Positions 19,573 to 36,173 of a stretch of 64,000 nt of DNA are shown in pieces. Positions within the stretch are counted from its first letter, which is position 1, and the number at the start of each line of letters is the position of its first letter. The notes beneath the pieces were generated by a model. It saw only the letters and a program-made list of their open reading frames with translations. It did not search any database and had not been told where the DNA came from. This DNA comes from the human T2T-CHM13v2.0 reference genome, Homo sapiens: the NCBI RefSeq assembly GCF_009914755.1, contig NC_060927.1; one strand, 5' to 3'. A program made the position numbers and the translations under genes.

Positions 19573-19720
19573 GCCAGGCATGGTGGCTCACACCTGTAAT
19601 CCTAGCACTTTAGGAGGCCGAGGCGGGAGGATTGCTTGAGCCTAGGAGTTCAAGACCAGTCTGGGCAACATATCAAGATCCCCGTCTCAAAAAAAAAAAA
19701 AAAAGGGAGGAAAAAAGAAA
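19573..19720 (+). mobile_element. Alu monomer (FLAM-like)
   Basis: Monomer and A tail. Confidence 0.88.
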
Positions 19721-19960
19721 TTTCCCAACCTGCATGCTTGGCATATTATAGTGATGGTGCAATCTTTCTGAACTGTCTTACAAACAGTGGGAACCTTCGA
19801 AAGCTTTGGGTGGGGTGAGGGAGGGAGTTGACCAAGCCCAGGAATTCTGAACATTAGCATAACAGTGGGGCAGGGAAAGTGGGACCTAAAGTCCAGCCTG
19901 GTAGCTGTTTTCTGCAGTTGAAAGAGTGACAGAGGGAGAGGGAGAGAAAGACACTTCAAA

Positions 19961-20069
19961 TGAGTCATCCACTGGATTTGGTGGTGGGCTGGCCATGGGG
20001 AGGGATGGTATTATGCTTTGTTCATTGGCTTTTTTATGACTCAGTTTACACTGGTTCCCTCCTGACTCA
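19961..20069. promoter_or_regulatory. Cluster of three AP-1 (TGASTCA) sites
   Basis: tgagtca 19961, tgactca 20037, tgactca 20063. Confidence 0.5.
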
Positions 20070-20093
20070 CTGATGTTTCTCTTGTCCTTGCAG

Positions 20094-20195
20094 GAGCCTG
20101 TGTGAAATGCAGCAAAGGGGTGTTTGGGGCTGGCCAGGCCTGTCAGGCCATGGGGAACCTCTACCATGACACATGCTTCACCTGTGCAGCTTGCA
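20094..20195 (+). CDS. LIMD1: LIMD1 exon 2 (N-terminal part of LIM1: (G)ACVKCSKGVFGAGQACQAMGNLYHDTCFTCAAC)
   Basis: Acceptor cttgtccttgcag|GA, donor TGCA|gtaagt; CxxC...HxxCxxCxxC LIM spacing; 102 nt, phase 1-1; peptide recognised as LIMD1. Confidence 0.97.
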
Positions 20196-21210
20196 GTAAG
20201 TGTGGGTGTGGGTGTCGGGTGTGTGGGGGATGCATAAGGAACATGGGAACCGAGAAAGGGAGGAGAGAGAAGATCATCTTTCTGGAGACGGTTGGTCCAT
20301 GGCCCTCCTCAGCCCCACAGAAAAGCCAGACAGTGTCTTTTACAGCAGGGTTTCTTACCACCAACAGAAGCCCATCAGGGCACGGTGACTTAACACAATA
20401 CCAAAGATTGCCTGTGATTCTGGTGATAAGTTGAATGAGTTCAGAGTGATCCCTAATCACATCAGGTTTGAAATATGTAAGAAGAGGTTTCAGAAGATTT
20501 GGGAGGAAGTGCTGGGATTCACCATGTCTACCCTGTTTGTCAGTTCTCTCCCCCACTGTGGGGACCAGCCAACCAAAAGTGATTAGTCAGTCAGCTACCC
20601 CAGTGTGAGGTGGAGGTGGGGGTCCTTTATTACTCTGTAACCACCTCCCTAACCTAATCTTTGATTTGGAGGCTGCTGTATGAGCATGAGGTGTGTGTGC
20701 ATGCCACCCATGTGCTGGTGCCTACCTAGCACACACCTGTGGGCATCTTTGTACTCCAGTACATGCATTATAATTCAAGCAGCCCATCAGGAGTCTGGAT
20801 TGAATGGATGGCAACCGCTCCCCGTGGAAGATTCTAACACATTGCATGCTTGCCAAGTCTGACCAAGTTATGGATTTTGCTTGTTTTCTGTCTCTATCAA
20901 AGATTAATTTTGAGGAGTATTTTTGGAAAATGTCCTACTTATATTCTCAATCCTATACTGAGGCTAACAGCTCTCAACTAAAAGGGAATGTTACAGCAGA
21001 GTCACAGGGTGTCAGGAACAAAGGGGTCTTTCTAACCATCTGGCCCCGTGGTTTGCAATCCTGGCTGCTCATTAGAATCACCTGTGGAGACTTTAAAACC
21101 CTGCTAATCAGAATCAGAGCTAAATCCTAATCTGATAGGATTAGCTAGGAACCTCAATCTGATTCTGCTAATCAAGGGTGGGGCCAGGGCATCACCCTTG
21201 GAATTTCTAG

Positions 21211-21527
<317 letters not shown>

Positions 21528-22229
21528 AGTGGGGCAAGTGTATTTTTTCACAGCTTCTCAGATACTTCCAGGGTGTGATCAGGGCTGACTACCATTGGTT
21601 TGGGGATCCTCATTTTGAATCCTTCTGGAGAAGGGAAGGGGAAGAACTTGCTCACAGCCAGAGATCCTAATTCCCAGTATAAAGTTAACCAGTGCATGTG
21701 GTTAACCAGTGGCCTCCTAACCTGCTGAGCCTTGATGGTCCAGGCCTGAGTTCTGAACCTCATGCTTCAGTCCTCACTGCAATTTGCCTTAGAACACATG
21801 CCTGAGAGTTTATGGTTTACACATTGATCAGTGTTCACCTGTGTAGGGAAAGACTTTGAGAATGTCCGCAGTGGAAATCTAGGAGTGGTCTGGTTATCGA
21901 ATTCTCTGGGTCTCTGTGCCTTTCCTTGTCTTTGAGCTATGTTGCACTCTGTAAGTTGTAGAATATTGATGGTAACAAACACAATTCTTGTCTATAGCAA
22001 TGCAGACTGTCTGGTGGAGGTGCAGTTGATGATTGTTACCCTGTGGAGATTGACCAGTTTTGCAATCTATTAAGCAAATTGATTTCAACATTCCTGATGG
22101 CCTATGGTTCTTTGAATTCTCCCAATTATACCATTTATTGGTTCCTTTATTAATTGATGAGTTAAATAAAGTCTTTGGCACATGTTTGTGTTTTATCCAT
22201 ATGGGAGTTGTGTTTAGGCCCCCCTTTAT

Positions 22230-23155
22230 TTATTTATTTAGTTAGTTAAATTTTAATTTTAGTTTTAGATTCAAGACGTGCAGGTTTGTTACAAAGGTAT
22301 ATTGTGTGAATCTGAAGTTTGAGCTTCTATTGGTCCTGTCACCCACACAGTGAACATAGTACCCAGTAGAAAGTTTTTCAGCTATTTGGTTTTCTGTTTC
22401 TTGTGTTTCTATGTTGCTGCAAAGGACATGATGTCACTTTTTTATGGCTGTGTAGTATTCCATGGTGTATATGTACCACATTTTCTTTATTCAGTTACTG
22501 CTGATGGGCACCTAGGTTGATTCCATGTCTTTGCTATTGTGAATAGTGTGGTGATAAACATACGAGTGCAGGTATCTTTGGTAGAAGATGTACTTTTCTT
22601 TGCATATATATCCAGTAATGGGATTACTGGGTCAAATGGTAGCTCTATTTTTAGTTCTTTGAGAAATCTCCTAACTGTTTTCCACAGTGGCTGAACTAAT
22701 TTACACTCCCACCAACCGTGTATAAGCATTGCCTTTTCTCTATAGCCTTGCCAACATCTACTTTTTGACTTTTTAATAATGGCCATTTTGTGGTTTTGAT
22801 TTGCATTTCTTTGATGATAATGATGTGGAGGTTTGTTTTGTTTTGAGATGGGGTCTCACTGTGTCATCCAGGCTGGAGTGCCATGATGTAATTGTAGCTC
22901 ACTGCAGCCTTGAACTCAAGCAACCCTTCTGCCTTAGCTTCTGAGTAGCTGGGACTGCGGGCATGTGCCACCATGCCCAGCTAATGGTTTAAAATTTTTG
23001 TAGAGACAGAGGTCTCGCTGTGTTGCCTAGGCTGGTCTCGAGCTCCTGACTTCTGGTGACCCTCCCACCTCAGCCTCCCACAGGGCTGGGATTACTGGCA
23101 TAAGCCACCACACCTGACCCTTGAGCATTTTTTTCATGTTTGTTGGCTGCTTGTA
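22230..23155 (-). mobile_element. L1PB-like 3' fragment with an internal AluJ-like insertion (~22832-23119)
   Basis: Minus ORF 22487..22786 is the L1 ORF2 C-terminus ([15 protein letters not shown]...). Confidence 0.88.
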
Positions 23156-23328
23156 TCAGATCTTTGTTTACAATTTATCTTTGACCTTTGACTCCTACAA
23201 CAGTTTCTCAATACTTGCTCTATTTTTCAGGAAAAAGAAAATAAATATTAAGGAGAGGCTGTTTTCCACCTCAAGCAGTTACCATTTGAATTAGGGAAGC
23301 TGTTGGTGAGGGAAAACCAATTGATGAG

Positions 23329-23970
<642 letters not shown>

Positions 23971-24336
23971 GATGAGTCTGTGGGTTCCACCCAAGGCTGC
24001 TAGAGTGGCTGTCTATTTCTTAATGGATTGAGTTTCTCTTTCTTCAAATTGTGACAAGCACAGACACTTAAGGAAGACAGACCTGGTTTGGGTTTTTGAT
24101 TGGTCTAGCATTGAAGGCCTTTGTGGTCTTGTCCCTGTCTTATCACTTCCTGTTTCCTATTCCAGTCAAACTGAATTTCTCTTTTTCACTTCCATGCCTC
24201 TGATCACATTGTTATCTAGAATAGCCTCTCCCCATTCACTTAATACATTTCTCTGTCCAGTCTTATGACTCAGCTCAAATGCCTCCTCTTCCAGGAAGCC
24301 TTCCCTGTTTCCTTAGCAGGAAGAGACTTCTCCTGA

Positions 24337-24679
<343 letters not shown>

Positions 24680-25577
24680 CTTGTTGGTGTTATTACATAG
24701 ATGGTGAACCTCATTCTCTGTGGATCTATTGCCAGCAAACCAGGCCCTAGAACAGAGTTGCTGAAGGAATGAGGATTCGGATTTTGTCAAAAAGTGAGTG
24801 CAGGGGCATTGCTGTTTGCCCTGGGGCTGCACACCCTCCTGCTCTGTGAATGTCCCACTTCCTCTCCAGTTCCAAAGAGCAGTTGGAATGTTGGAGACTG
24901 GGCTTGTGTCTCAGCGGCTTCTCTTAGACACTGGAGGTGACTTGTCTTTTTTCAGTTACCAGATTGCTGCCCTTTACCTCAGTTTTCAGCAGAAGGAGGC
25001 ACCCGGGAGCTCTGTGTCTCAGCTCTGCAGGTCCTGAGTGTGTCTCTGTGAGCCTCAACACCATGGAGACGGCACAGCTGGGGGTCTGGGTGCATCTAGG
25101 GCATCCCCTCCTTCTTAGAAGAGAAAATGGGGGCAGACAGGGAAAGAATTTCTCAAGGTCAAAAACCTGGCTATGGAGCTGGCATGGAATCCAGACCTCT
25201 TGAATCTATGCTCACCTGTACTTCCTTGTTTTTCTGGTTCTCCCTCCTCTGATTTATTTCCACCTAGTCAAGCAAAAATAAGTGTGTTTTCTCTGTTCTT
25301 TATCTTATCTTGGTTATTGATAGAGTCTGGTGAGTGTGTGTATTTCTGAACATATTTGTATATGTATCTTTTCTATTTTCCCATTTCATTTATGAAAATC
25401 TAGTTTAAAACACTATATATAGTATGTAAAGCCAGATTTTATATATATTTATATATATTTTATTTTATTTATATTTTTTATATATATATAGCATATGGCA
25501 TATGGAGGTATCTGTTGGTATATACACATACTTCCTGAGGTCCATTGATACTGCATTAAACCATAGTATTTGGATAC

Positions 25578-26055
25578 TGTTAAGCTCACACACATTTACA
25601 GGGCAAGTCCAGGGCCTGACTAGTTTGGTAAAGATACAACAAGCCACTGTTACTTTAGGCAGTTTATTACTTACATAGGCAGGCAACACAAAGAATGTGT
25701 CAAAGGTACCATCTTCCTGGGTCCTTGTCCCATACACTGAAGAGGATGACACTGAAGCAAAAGGGGCTGATGACTGCCACATAAGTGGGATTTTGAGAAG
25801 CAATTTTAGACTGCAGCTAAATGGTCTCAGAGCCCACAGCTCTGTTCTGAGAGGCAGGCAGAAATTCCCATACCTCATTAGAGATGAGACACTGTCTGGT
25901 GACAGGCTCCTGGGGGAATAGGGAGGTGAATGAGAGACAGCCGTGCATCTTTTTATGTTCTGGAAGCCTACAAGGTGTTCCACCAAGATTCAGGCAAACC
26001 TTTGCATACATGGCTATGTGCAGTTCTCCCAGGCACCATGGCAGGTTCCCTTACA
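25578..26055 (-). mobile_element. Probable solo LTR (family uncertain)
   Basis: On the minus strand starts tgtaaggg, ends ...cttaaca, with AATAAA ~85 nt before the end; TSD not clean. Confidence 0.5.
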
Positions 26056-26123
26056 CGGATATGAACATTTCCCCATCTGCTGATGAGAAGCAGCAATGGG
26101 GAAAGCTGTGAGAAAATTGTATC

Positions 26124-26425
26124 TTTTTTTTTTTTTTCTTTTTGAGACTGGGTCTTGCTCTGTCGTACAAGCTGGAGTGCAATGGTGGGATCACAGCTCA
26201 CTGCAGCCTTGAACTCCTGGGCTCAGGCGATCCTCCTGCCTCAGCCTCCTGAGTAGCTGGGATTACAGACATGCACCACCATGTTCAGCTATTTTTTATT
26301 ATTTTTTGTAGAGACAGGGTCTTGCTATGTTGCCCAGGCTGGTCTCAAACTCCTGGGCTCAAGCAGTCTGTCTGCCTTGGCGTCCCAAAGTGCTAGGATT
26401 ATAGGCATGAGCCACCACATCTGGC
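26124..26425 (-). mobile_element. Alu (J-like)
   Basis: Reverse Alu with cagccttgaactcctgggctca. Confidence 0.93.
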
Positions 26426-27153
26426 TGCTGCAAAGACAATTTTAAAGACAGAAACCTGTTATGTTAGCATTGTAGCTCAGCTACTGTCACTTTTATGTTT
26501 TCCTTGCCAGTTTTTCTCCAAGTTTATACACATTTTTTAGAGTTGCGATCATAGTATATAAACAATGTTGTATCCTTTTCAATTTAACATCATGTCATAG
26601 TTCATAATAATAATTTTAAGTTACATGGTGATGGATGAGTTGTGCCACAGTTAATGGCTGGTTTGCAGGTTGTTACACACAGCCCCAGCCAGCATCTTCG
26701 TGCAGCATCTTTCTTTCCTTCTGTGGGATTGTTTCCTTGGTGCTCGTTCCAGCAGTAAGCATCAGGTTGTGGTGTGGGCGTTTGTGTGGTTTGTTCAAGT
26801 TCCCTTCTTCTTTGCTGTGCTCCTTGGGCTGGGAATGTTTGGTTGCCGTGGAGATGAGTGCTGTGGGTCTCCCTCCTCTCCCCTCAGGCTCTGCCCACCC
26901 CAGGCGGCCATGCCCCCCCACTGGCACTGGACACTCTCAGGAAGCTGTTGGCACACCCTGGAGTGGGAGGGAGGTCTGTGGAGAGGACAGGAGTGGCCTT
27001 TGTTGACAGCTGTGTCTACTTACATGTCAAGTGGCCTGTCTGAGGGAGGCTGGCTCCCACCTGTGCCTCAGAAGCAGCAGCATGAGAGGAGGAAAAACAC
27101 GCTGACTTGTGGGGTTGAGTGGACTTCTCGGCACCTTCAAGAATAGTCTGGGA

Positions 27154-27450
27154 GGCCAGGCGTGGTGGCTCAATCTGTAATCCCAGCACTTTGGGAGGTT
27201 GAGGCGGGTAGATCACTTGAGGTCACGAGTTTGAGACCAGCCTGGGCAATGTGGCAAAACCCCATCTCTACTAAAAATACAAAAATTAACCGCATGTGGT
27301 GGCACATGCCTATAATACTAGCTATTTGGGGGGCTGAGGCAGGAGAATCACTTGAACCCAGGAGGCGGAGTTTTCAGTGAGCCAAGATTGCGCCACTGTA
27401 CTCCATCCTGGGTGACAGGGTGAGACTCTGTCTCAAAAAAAAAAAAAAGA
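27154..27450 (+). mobile_element. Alu (S-like)
   Basis: Full dimer; TSD aagaat(a/g)gtctg. Confidence 0.95.
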
Positions 27451-29916
27451 ATGGTCTGTGAGGGAGAAGTAGGCAAGGTCCTGTGTGCTCACTCCAGGCA
27501 GATTGAGGTTTAAAAACTAAGACGTTCATTTCACAGACTAAACAAATTCCATCCTACTTGCCATGTTAGTGTCATGATTCCTATTAGTTTTTCGGTGATA
27601 TGAGACGGAAAATGATGGACTAGGTAAATATACTCTCCCCGCCAGAAGCCCATGGAGCAGGGGGGTGCCCACCTTGGGGATGGAAGCTGGGAAGCAGCCA
27701 GTCCCACAGTTGACAGAAATTACGCCTAGTGCAGGTCCGAGCTCAGTGGAAGGCTGCAGAGGGCCAGACGGGGTCCACTTGGGATGGTGCTGGGATGTGT
27801 AAGTCAAGGCCAGAATGAATTGCAGTGGTGTAACCTACTGTTTATATTGCTCGGTGTAAGATGCACTGTGACCTGCCAGCCATGCCTTAGTGGGGAGAAA
27901 AAGCAAAACTAAGATTATATACCATTGCTCATTTCACCTTCCAAAAACCGAATGTCCATGGCTGTTGAAGATTGCGAATGGGATTTATAGTAAAATCTCA
28001 CTTGTTGAGACCCAGTTGGAAGAAAGCCTTTCTTAGTAATAAAAAGCCTGCATCTAGAACACTCACAAAATGCCATTTTGTTACTTGAGATAAATAAAAC
28101 AATTAGGACCAAGCCTAGTGTTGTGGAACAGAGGTTCTTAGCGAATGAATAAGTCCTTGGTGATTGACTCACCAGTTAGTTCGCCTCTGAAGGACTGGAG
28201 GGTTCTTGCCAGCTATTTTGTTTTTCTTACAAAGTCTAAATACTGCATCTGAAATCCTTTCCCTTTTTTGTTGACTTTGTAAATGACCTCGTCAACCCAG
28301 CCCCTGAAAATGCTTACACATTTTGAATGAGTTAAGCCTGAACTAGGGAGGTCTTCCTTTAATTCATGCAGGTCTGCTTCTGTAAAACAGTCACTGCGAT
28401 ATTTATAGATAATTTTGGGTAAGCTTTCTAGCTTACCGTGGGCCTGACACCGCATAACCCTCCTCCACCCATGGCGGCGCACTAAATCCTGTAACAATTC
28501 AGGGAGTTCAACGTTCATTATTATTATTACTCTCAACTTAAGATGTACAGATTGAGGCTTGGAGAGTTTAGTTTGTGGTTGGTTTCGTCACTGTTAAGTG
28601 GTGTGGTCAGCACTTGAACCCAAGACCTGTGGATCCACAGCTCTTGCTGTTAGCCACTGTATTAAATTACCTTTGCTTAGAGAGAGTATTTGCCAAAGAC
28701 AGGAGCCGGGCTGTAGCCATGGGGCCTTGCCTTGACTTTTCAGGTTCAGCCGCTGCCTTGGGGTTGTGTGACAACAGAGACTGGATTTTTGGCCACCCTC
28801 GAGTTGTGAGTGCAGGAGAGTGGCCTGGGGCTGGGAATAGGGGAGGTAGAATTCAATCATGGGATGCACCCATAGTAGAGAAATGGACTAAGGGCTTTAA
28901 TCCCTGAGTTTCTGAGCTGTCGAATTGTCCGAATATTTCTCATCATATTCAGCAGTTCTGTATGAGCTGAATGAGTCAGCAGGACCTAAGGAAAAAGCTG
29001 AAGATCAAGAATGTGAGAAAGGAAGAGTGGGCAGATGCTAAAGGAAATCAGTGGGCACAGGAAAGATCAGGAAGCAACCAAAATAGGCTGGAGCTGGCCA
29101 GAGGGCTGCAGGGATCGGAAGAGAGTGGAGGGGCCACTTACTTTGGTTATCAAAGGGTCTCTTGTGTCCGTCTCCTGCAAGCCTAGTTCTGCTAGTGCAC
29201 TGGAGTTGGGGCCAAACCTGGTTTCCCAGGTCAGACTCTGCTGGTTCAGTCAGAGGCCAGGAAGTCCCTGACAGGGAAGACCATCAGATTCCTTTGTTCC
29301 TATCGTCTGAACACAGTCTGAGAGGTTTCGCAGTATATTGTAGAGGCTAACTTTGGTGTAACCTATACCTTATGTGGCCATGTCTGCATCCTAAGCTCCT
29401 GATATTGCACATGTCTGGTTTTTGTTGGAAGTCTGTACCTTTCCTCCGTGGTAGTCCCAGACCAAGGGTGATACTTGGCGGTGCCCAGGGTGTCACCTGT
29501 CTTCTCAAGTCGAAGAGGAGAATGAAGAGCACTCCAGTACGCCAGGAGCATCACACCGTAATTAGCAGGAAGATGTTGCACCGCAGTGCCTCATCTCAGA
29601 GCCAGAGTCCTGGGTTAGGGAGTAAACTCTTTTACCTAGGCCTGACTGTATTCTGGCATTGTAGGCACTCCTCAGGTTTCTGTGGCCCTCTCATCTCACT
29701 GAGGGTATCCCTTCTTCATGTGTCTCTCAGCTCTTCTCTTAGATTTCTGCCCCTGGCTCTGGCCCCTTCAGATTCCTTCTCCTTCTCTTTCCCTTCCCTC
29801 CTCTCTCCTCCTTTCACCAACAGTTTTGTTTGCACCCATAGTTGCCCATCAGTGGATCCATGCCTGTAAGCCAGTGTAATACAAGCTGCTGTCTGTGGAG
29901 CATTTATTGCATTTAT

Positions 29917-29992
29917 TGCAGTGAGCCGTGATCGTGCCACTGCACTCCAGCCTGAGTGACAGAGCGAGACTCTGTCTCAAAAAAAAAAAAAA
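29917..29992 (+). mobile_element. 5'-truncated Alu (3' end only)
   Basis: tgcagtgagccgtgatcgtgccactgcactccagcc plus A tail. Confidence 0.9.
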
Positions 29993-30638
29993 CAAGATTT
30001 AGGAACCAGAGGCTTTATATGCAGTCCAATACAGTAGCCACAAGCTGCACGTGGCTGTCTTCTTATGTCCCTTGCTTGCCTTCCAGCCACACTCATCTTA
30101 CACAAGAGGTCATGGGGTCTCAGAGCGGTTGCCCAGCTGGTGAGTGGGGAAGTGTGTTCGTGCCCAGGGGCAGGTGGCCACTGTGTATACACTTGCCACC
30201 ATATCCATGGCCTTCACCCCTCACTGTGCGTCAGTCGCCATCACAAGGGGCCTGTTGCAGTGCCGACCTCTGCCTCTGCCTGCAGAGATCCTGATTTCTG
30301 AGATCTGTGTGTGCAGGGGGAGCATCCTGGGGGATTGTGATGAAGTTAGCTGGGAACTTGGCTGTGGCCCTGCAGTGGGCCTCACCACCAGCCCACTTGA
30401 CCTTCATGTGGACTTCAGTCCTCTGGCCTCTCTCTGACCTGTAGACCTGCACCATCTAACACAGCAGCTACTGGCCACCTGGGGCTCTTGAGCACTTGAA
30501 ATGTGGCTAGTGTGACTATGGAACTGCATTTTCCATTTTATTTCATTTTAATTAATTAAAGTTTAAATTTATTTTAGTAGCCATGTACAGCTTGTGGCTA
30601 CTGTATTGGACTGCATGTAAAGCCTCTTGTTCCTAAAT

Positions 30639-31001
<363 letters not shown>

Positions 31002-32189
31002 TAGTCACATTGTCAAAAAATGTATATGGGAGAAGAAAATCACCTATAATTCAATACCAAAAAGAACCCCCAAAAATGTATGCTGTGCCTACATAGACGT
31101 TTTTGCCTGGTTGTCATCACAGTGTATGTTTGCTTTTATGCCCTGCTTTTTCCACTTAGAAATATATCATATGCCTTTTCCCTCATTGCTTCATAGTCTT
31201 CATAACCATCTGCTGCGTAAGATCCTGTTGATTTGATGACTCAAAGCCAACATAACCTTCTTGCCAGTTAAAGTTTAAAGGGGAAGTGAACTCTTACCAT
31301 GGGAGCTCCCAGACTCTTCCCAGGAGTACTGAGGCTGGCTGAGTGTGGATCCTGTGGCCAGGTTTTCAAGGACCAGATGCATAGCAGGGCACGGGTCAGC
31401 CTGGGGGTCCGGCAAATCCAATGCCTGGCCAGAGGATGCAGGCCCTTCCCTGTGTTCAGGGGCAGGGTGACAGCTGCCTCTCCACATCCGCAGCAGCCCT
31501 GCAATGGTCACCATTGGTGGCATTTGGATGCCAGCAGGGTCCCATATGCCCTGTTTTGGGCAGAGCGTCTCTGTCTCTTGCATGGATCACTGCTGTCACC
31601 TCCAGTCTGGTCTCTGGGCACAGCAGCGAGGAGGCCACTCCACAGCTCAGAGACCTTCAGCTACTTTTTGCCTTAACATTGTAGTCCAGTTCTTTTGCCT
31701 GGTGTTTAAGACATTTCCTTAAATTAGTTCTAACTTCCTTCCTGTCTTCTTTCTTTCTAACTATCCCCCTCCTCCGCTGCCCCACAGCCTCCCGAAGTGC
31801 TGAAGTCCCTGGCCACACTGCACATCACCTGTCCTTTTCTACCCCTGTACCTTGTCACCCTTAGCCTCCATCACCACCCAGGTGAATATCACTCTCCCTT
31901 CAGTGTCTTCCATTGCCATCTCCATTGCGACTCTCCTGATCTTGGGTCCCATGTGCACCCTTCATTTGCCTGTCCTATGGTGTTTTCAATTATGATTAGA
32001 TTGAAACTGTTTGCAGGAATCTCTATCTCCCCCTAGGTGATCAGTTTTGGGAGAATAGGGACAGGGTTTAACTGATCATGATTTTACTCCTTATAACCCT
32101 TCAGCACCTTTAGTATAATTCTGAACACAGAATAAATGTTGGAATAAATAAAGGTGACACTTCCCCATTACCTGGTACTCATCACTTCA

Positions 32190-33110
32190 CCTCCTTACTC
32201 ACCTTCCCTCATCCCTAAGCAACCACTGATCTTCCTATCCCTATAGATTTGCCTATTCTGGATATTTCATATGAATGAAATCATACAATATATGATCTTC
32301 TGTGTCTGGCTTTTTTCACTTAGCGTGCATTCCAGGTTCATCCACGTTGTAGTATGAATCAGTATCTCATTTCTTTTTATGGCTGAATAGTATTCCCTTG
32401 TATAGATGTACCATATTTTGTTTATCCATTCAGCAGTTGATAGACACTTGTTTTTATTTTTGGCTATTATAAATAATGTTGCTATGAACATTCCTAGGCA
32501 GGTGTTTATGTGAATGTATCATTTCTGTTCTCTTGGGTAAATATTAGGAGTGAAATTGCTGGGTCATATGGTAACTGTGTTTAACCTTTTGAGGACCTGT
32601 TTTTTAAAGAAGCTCTACCATGTTACATTCCCACCAGCCATGTATGAGAGTTCCAGTATTTCCACATCCTTGCCAATGCTTAGGCTTATCTAGTTTTTTT
32701 ATTCTAACTATCCTATTTGGTGTGAAGTTGGATCTCATTGTGGTTTTGATTTGCATTTTCCTGATGATTAATGATGTTGAGCATCTTTTCATACATTTAT
32801 TGGCCATTGGTATGTCTTATTTGGAAAAATGTCTTCTCAATTCCCTGCTCATTTTTACTTGGATTGTCTTTTTATTATTGAGTCTTAATCGTTCTTTGTA
32901 TAGGATTTGGGAATATTTTCTTTCATTCTGTGGACTGTCATTTCATTTCTTGATGGTATTGTTTACAGCACAAAGGCTTTAAATTTTGATGCAGTAGAAT
33001 TTATCTACTTTTTTTCTTTTTTTGCCAGTGTTTTGGTGCTTTTTGTAGGAAAACATTGGCTGACCCAAGGTCACAAAGATTCATGTCCATGTTTTCTTCT
33101 AAATGTTTTA
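32190..33110 (-). mobile_element. L1MB-like 3' fragment
   Basis: Minus ORFs 32267..32491 and 32604..32807 resemble the degenerate L1 ORF2 C-terminus. Confidence 0.85.
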
Positions 33111-33345
33111 AAGAGATTTAACTAATAAGAAAAAAGTCTCACTTGTCCTCGCATTTGCCATTTCTGCTCCTTCTCATCCCTTTGTTTAGATTCAGGTTTT
33201 CATCTGGTACCATTTTTCCTTCTGCTTGAAGGACTTCTCTTAACATTTTTTCTTTTTCGTATGCTGATTTGGTGATGAATTCTTTAAACTTTTGTATTCT
33301 GAATTTATCTTTCTTTCATTTTTTTATTTTAAAATATATTTTTTT

Positions 33346-33639
33346 GGCTGGGCGCGGTGGCTCACGCCTGTAATCCCAGCACTTTGGGAGGCCGAGGCGG
33401 GACAATCATGAGGTCAGAAGATCGAGACCATCCTGACTAACATGGTGAAACCCCGTCTCTACTAAAAATACAAAAAATTAGCCGGGCATGGTGGCGGGTG
33501 CCTGTAGTCCCAGCTACTGGCGAGGCTGAGGCAGCAGAATGGCGTGAACGCAGGAGGCAGAGCTTGCAGTGAGCCGAGATTGCACCACTGCACTCCAGCC
33601 TGGGCAACAGAGTGAGACTCTGTCTCAAAAAAAAAAAAA
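33346..33639 (+). mobile_element. AluY-like
   Basis: Y diagnostics gatcgagaccatcctg, aatggcgtgaac, gcttgcag. Confidence 0.92.
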
Positions 33640-33640
33640 T

Positions 33641-33740
33641 TATATATATATACACATATATATATATATAAAATTATATAGATATATTTATATATAATTA
33701 TATATTTTATATATATAATTATATATATAAAATATATATA
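33641..33740. repeat. (TA)n-rich low-complexity tract
   Basis: Direct reading. Confidence 0.9.
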
Positions 33741-34289
33741 TTGCTGGATATAGAATTCTAGCTTGATACTTTTTTGAGTTCCTTGAAGTTTTTTTGTTTT
33801 TTTTTTTTTTACTATTTTCTCCCTTTTTTTTTTTAATGAGAAATCTGATATCTCTATTCTCTGTATGTGACATGTTTTTCCCCCATTCTGGCTGCTTTTA
33901 AGATTTCATCATTGATTTTGAGAAATTTGATTATGATATCCTTGGTGTGCTTTTCATGTTTCTTGTGCTTAGGGGTTTGTTGAGCTTCTTGGATCTGTGT
34001 GTTTGTAGTCAGTCTTCATCAAATCTATTTCTTCACATTCCTCCCCATCCACTAGGGACTCCAATTACTCCAATCTTAGGCATCTTGAAGTTGTCCCAGA
34101 GCTCACTTATGCCCATTTCGTTATTTAAAAAGTTCTTTTCCTCTCATTTCATTTTGGACATTTTCTATTGCTGTACCTTTAAATTCACTAATGTTTTCTC
34201 TTGCATGGTGTAATCTGCTATTAATCCCATCCAGTGTATTCTCTTTTCTAAAATTTTTAAAAAGCTTTTTGTTATTTATTTATGTATCT

Positions 34290-35584
<1,295 letters not shown>

Positions 35585-35586
35585 TA

Positions 35587-36173
<587 letters not shown>

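Noticed and set aside
25465-25986. 173-aa minus ORF as a possible processed pseudogene
   Set aside because: No recognisable protein, non-ATG start, lies in a probable LTR and ends in AT-rich low-complexity sequence
29372-29869. 165-aa ATG-started ORF in intron 2
   Set aside because: Ser/Leu-rich low-information composition with no domain or convincing exon structure
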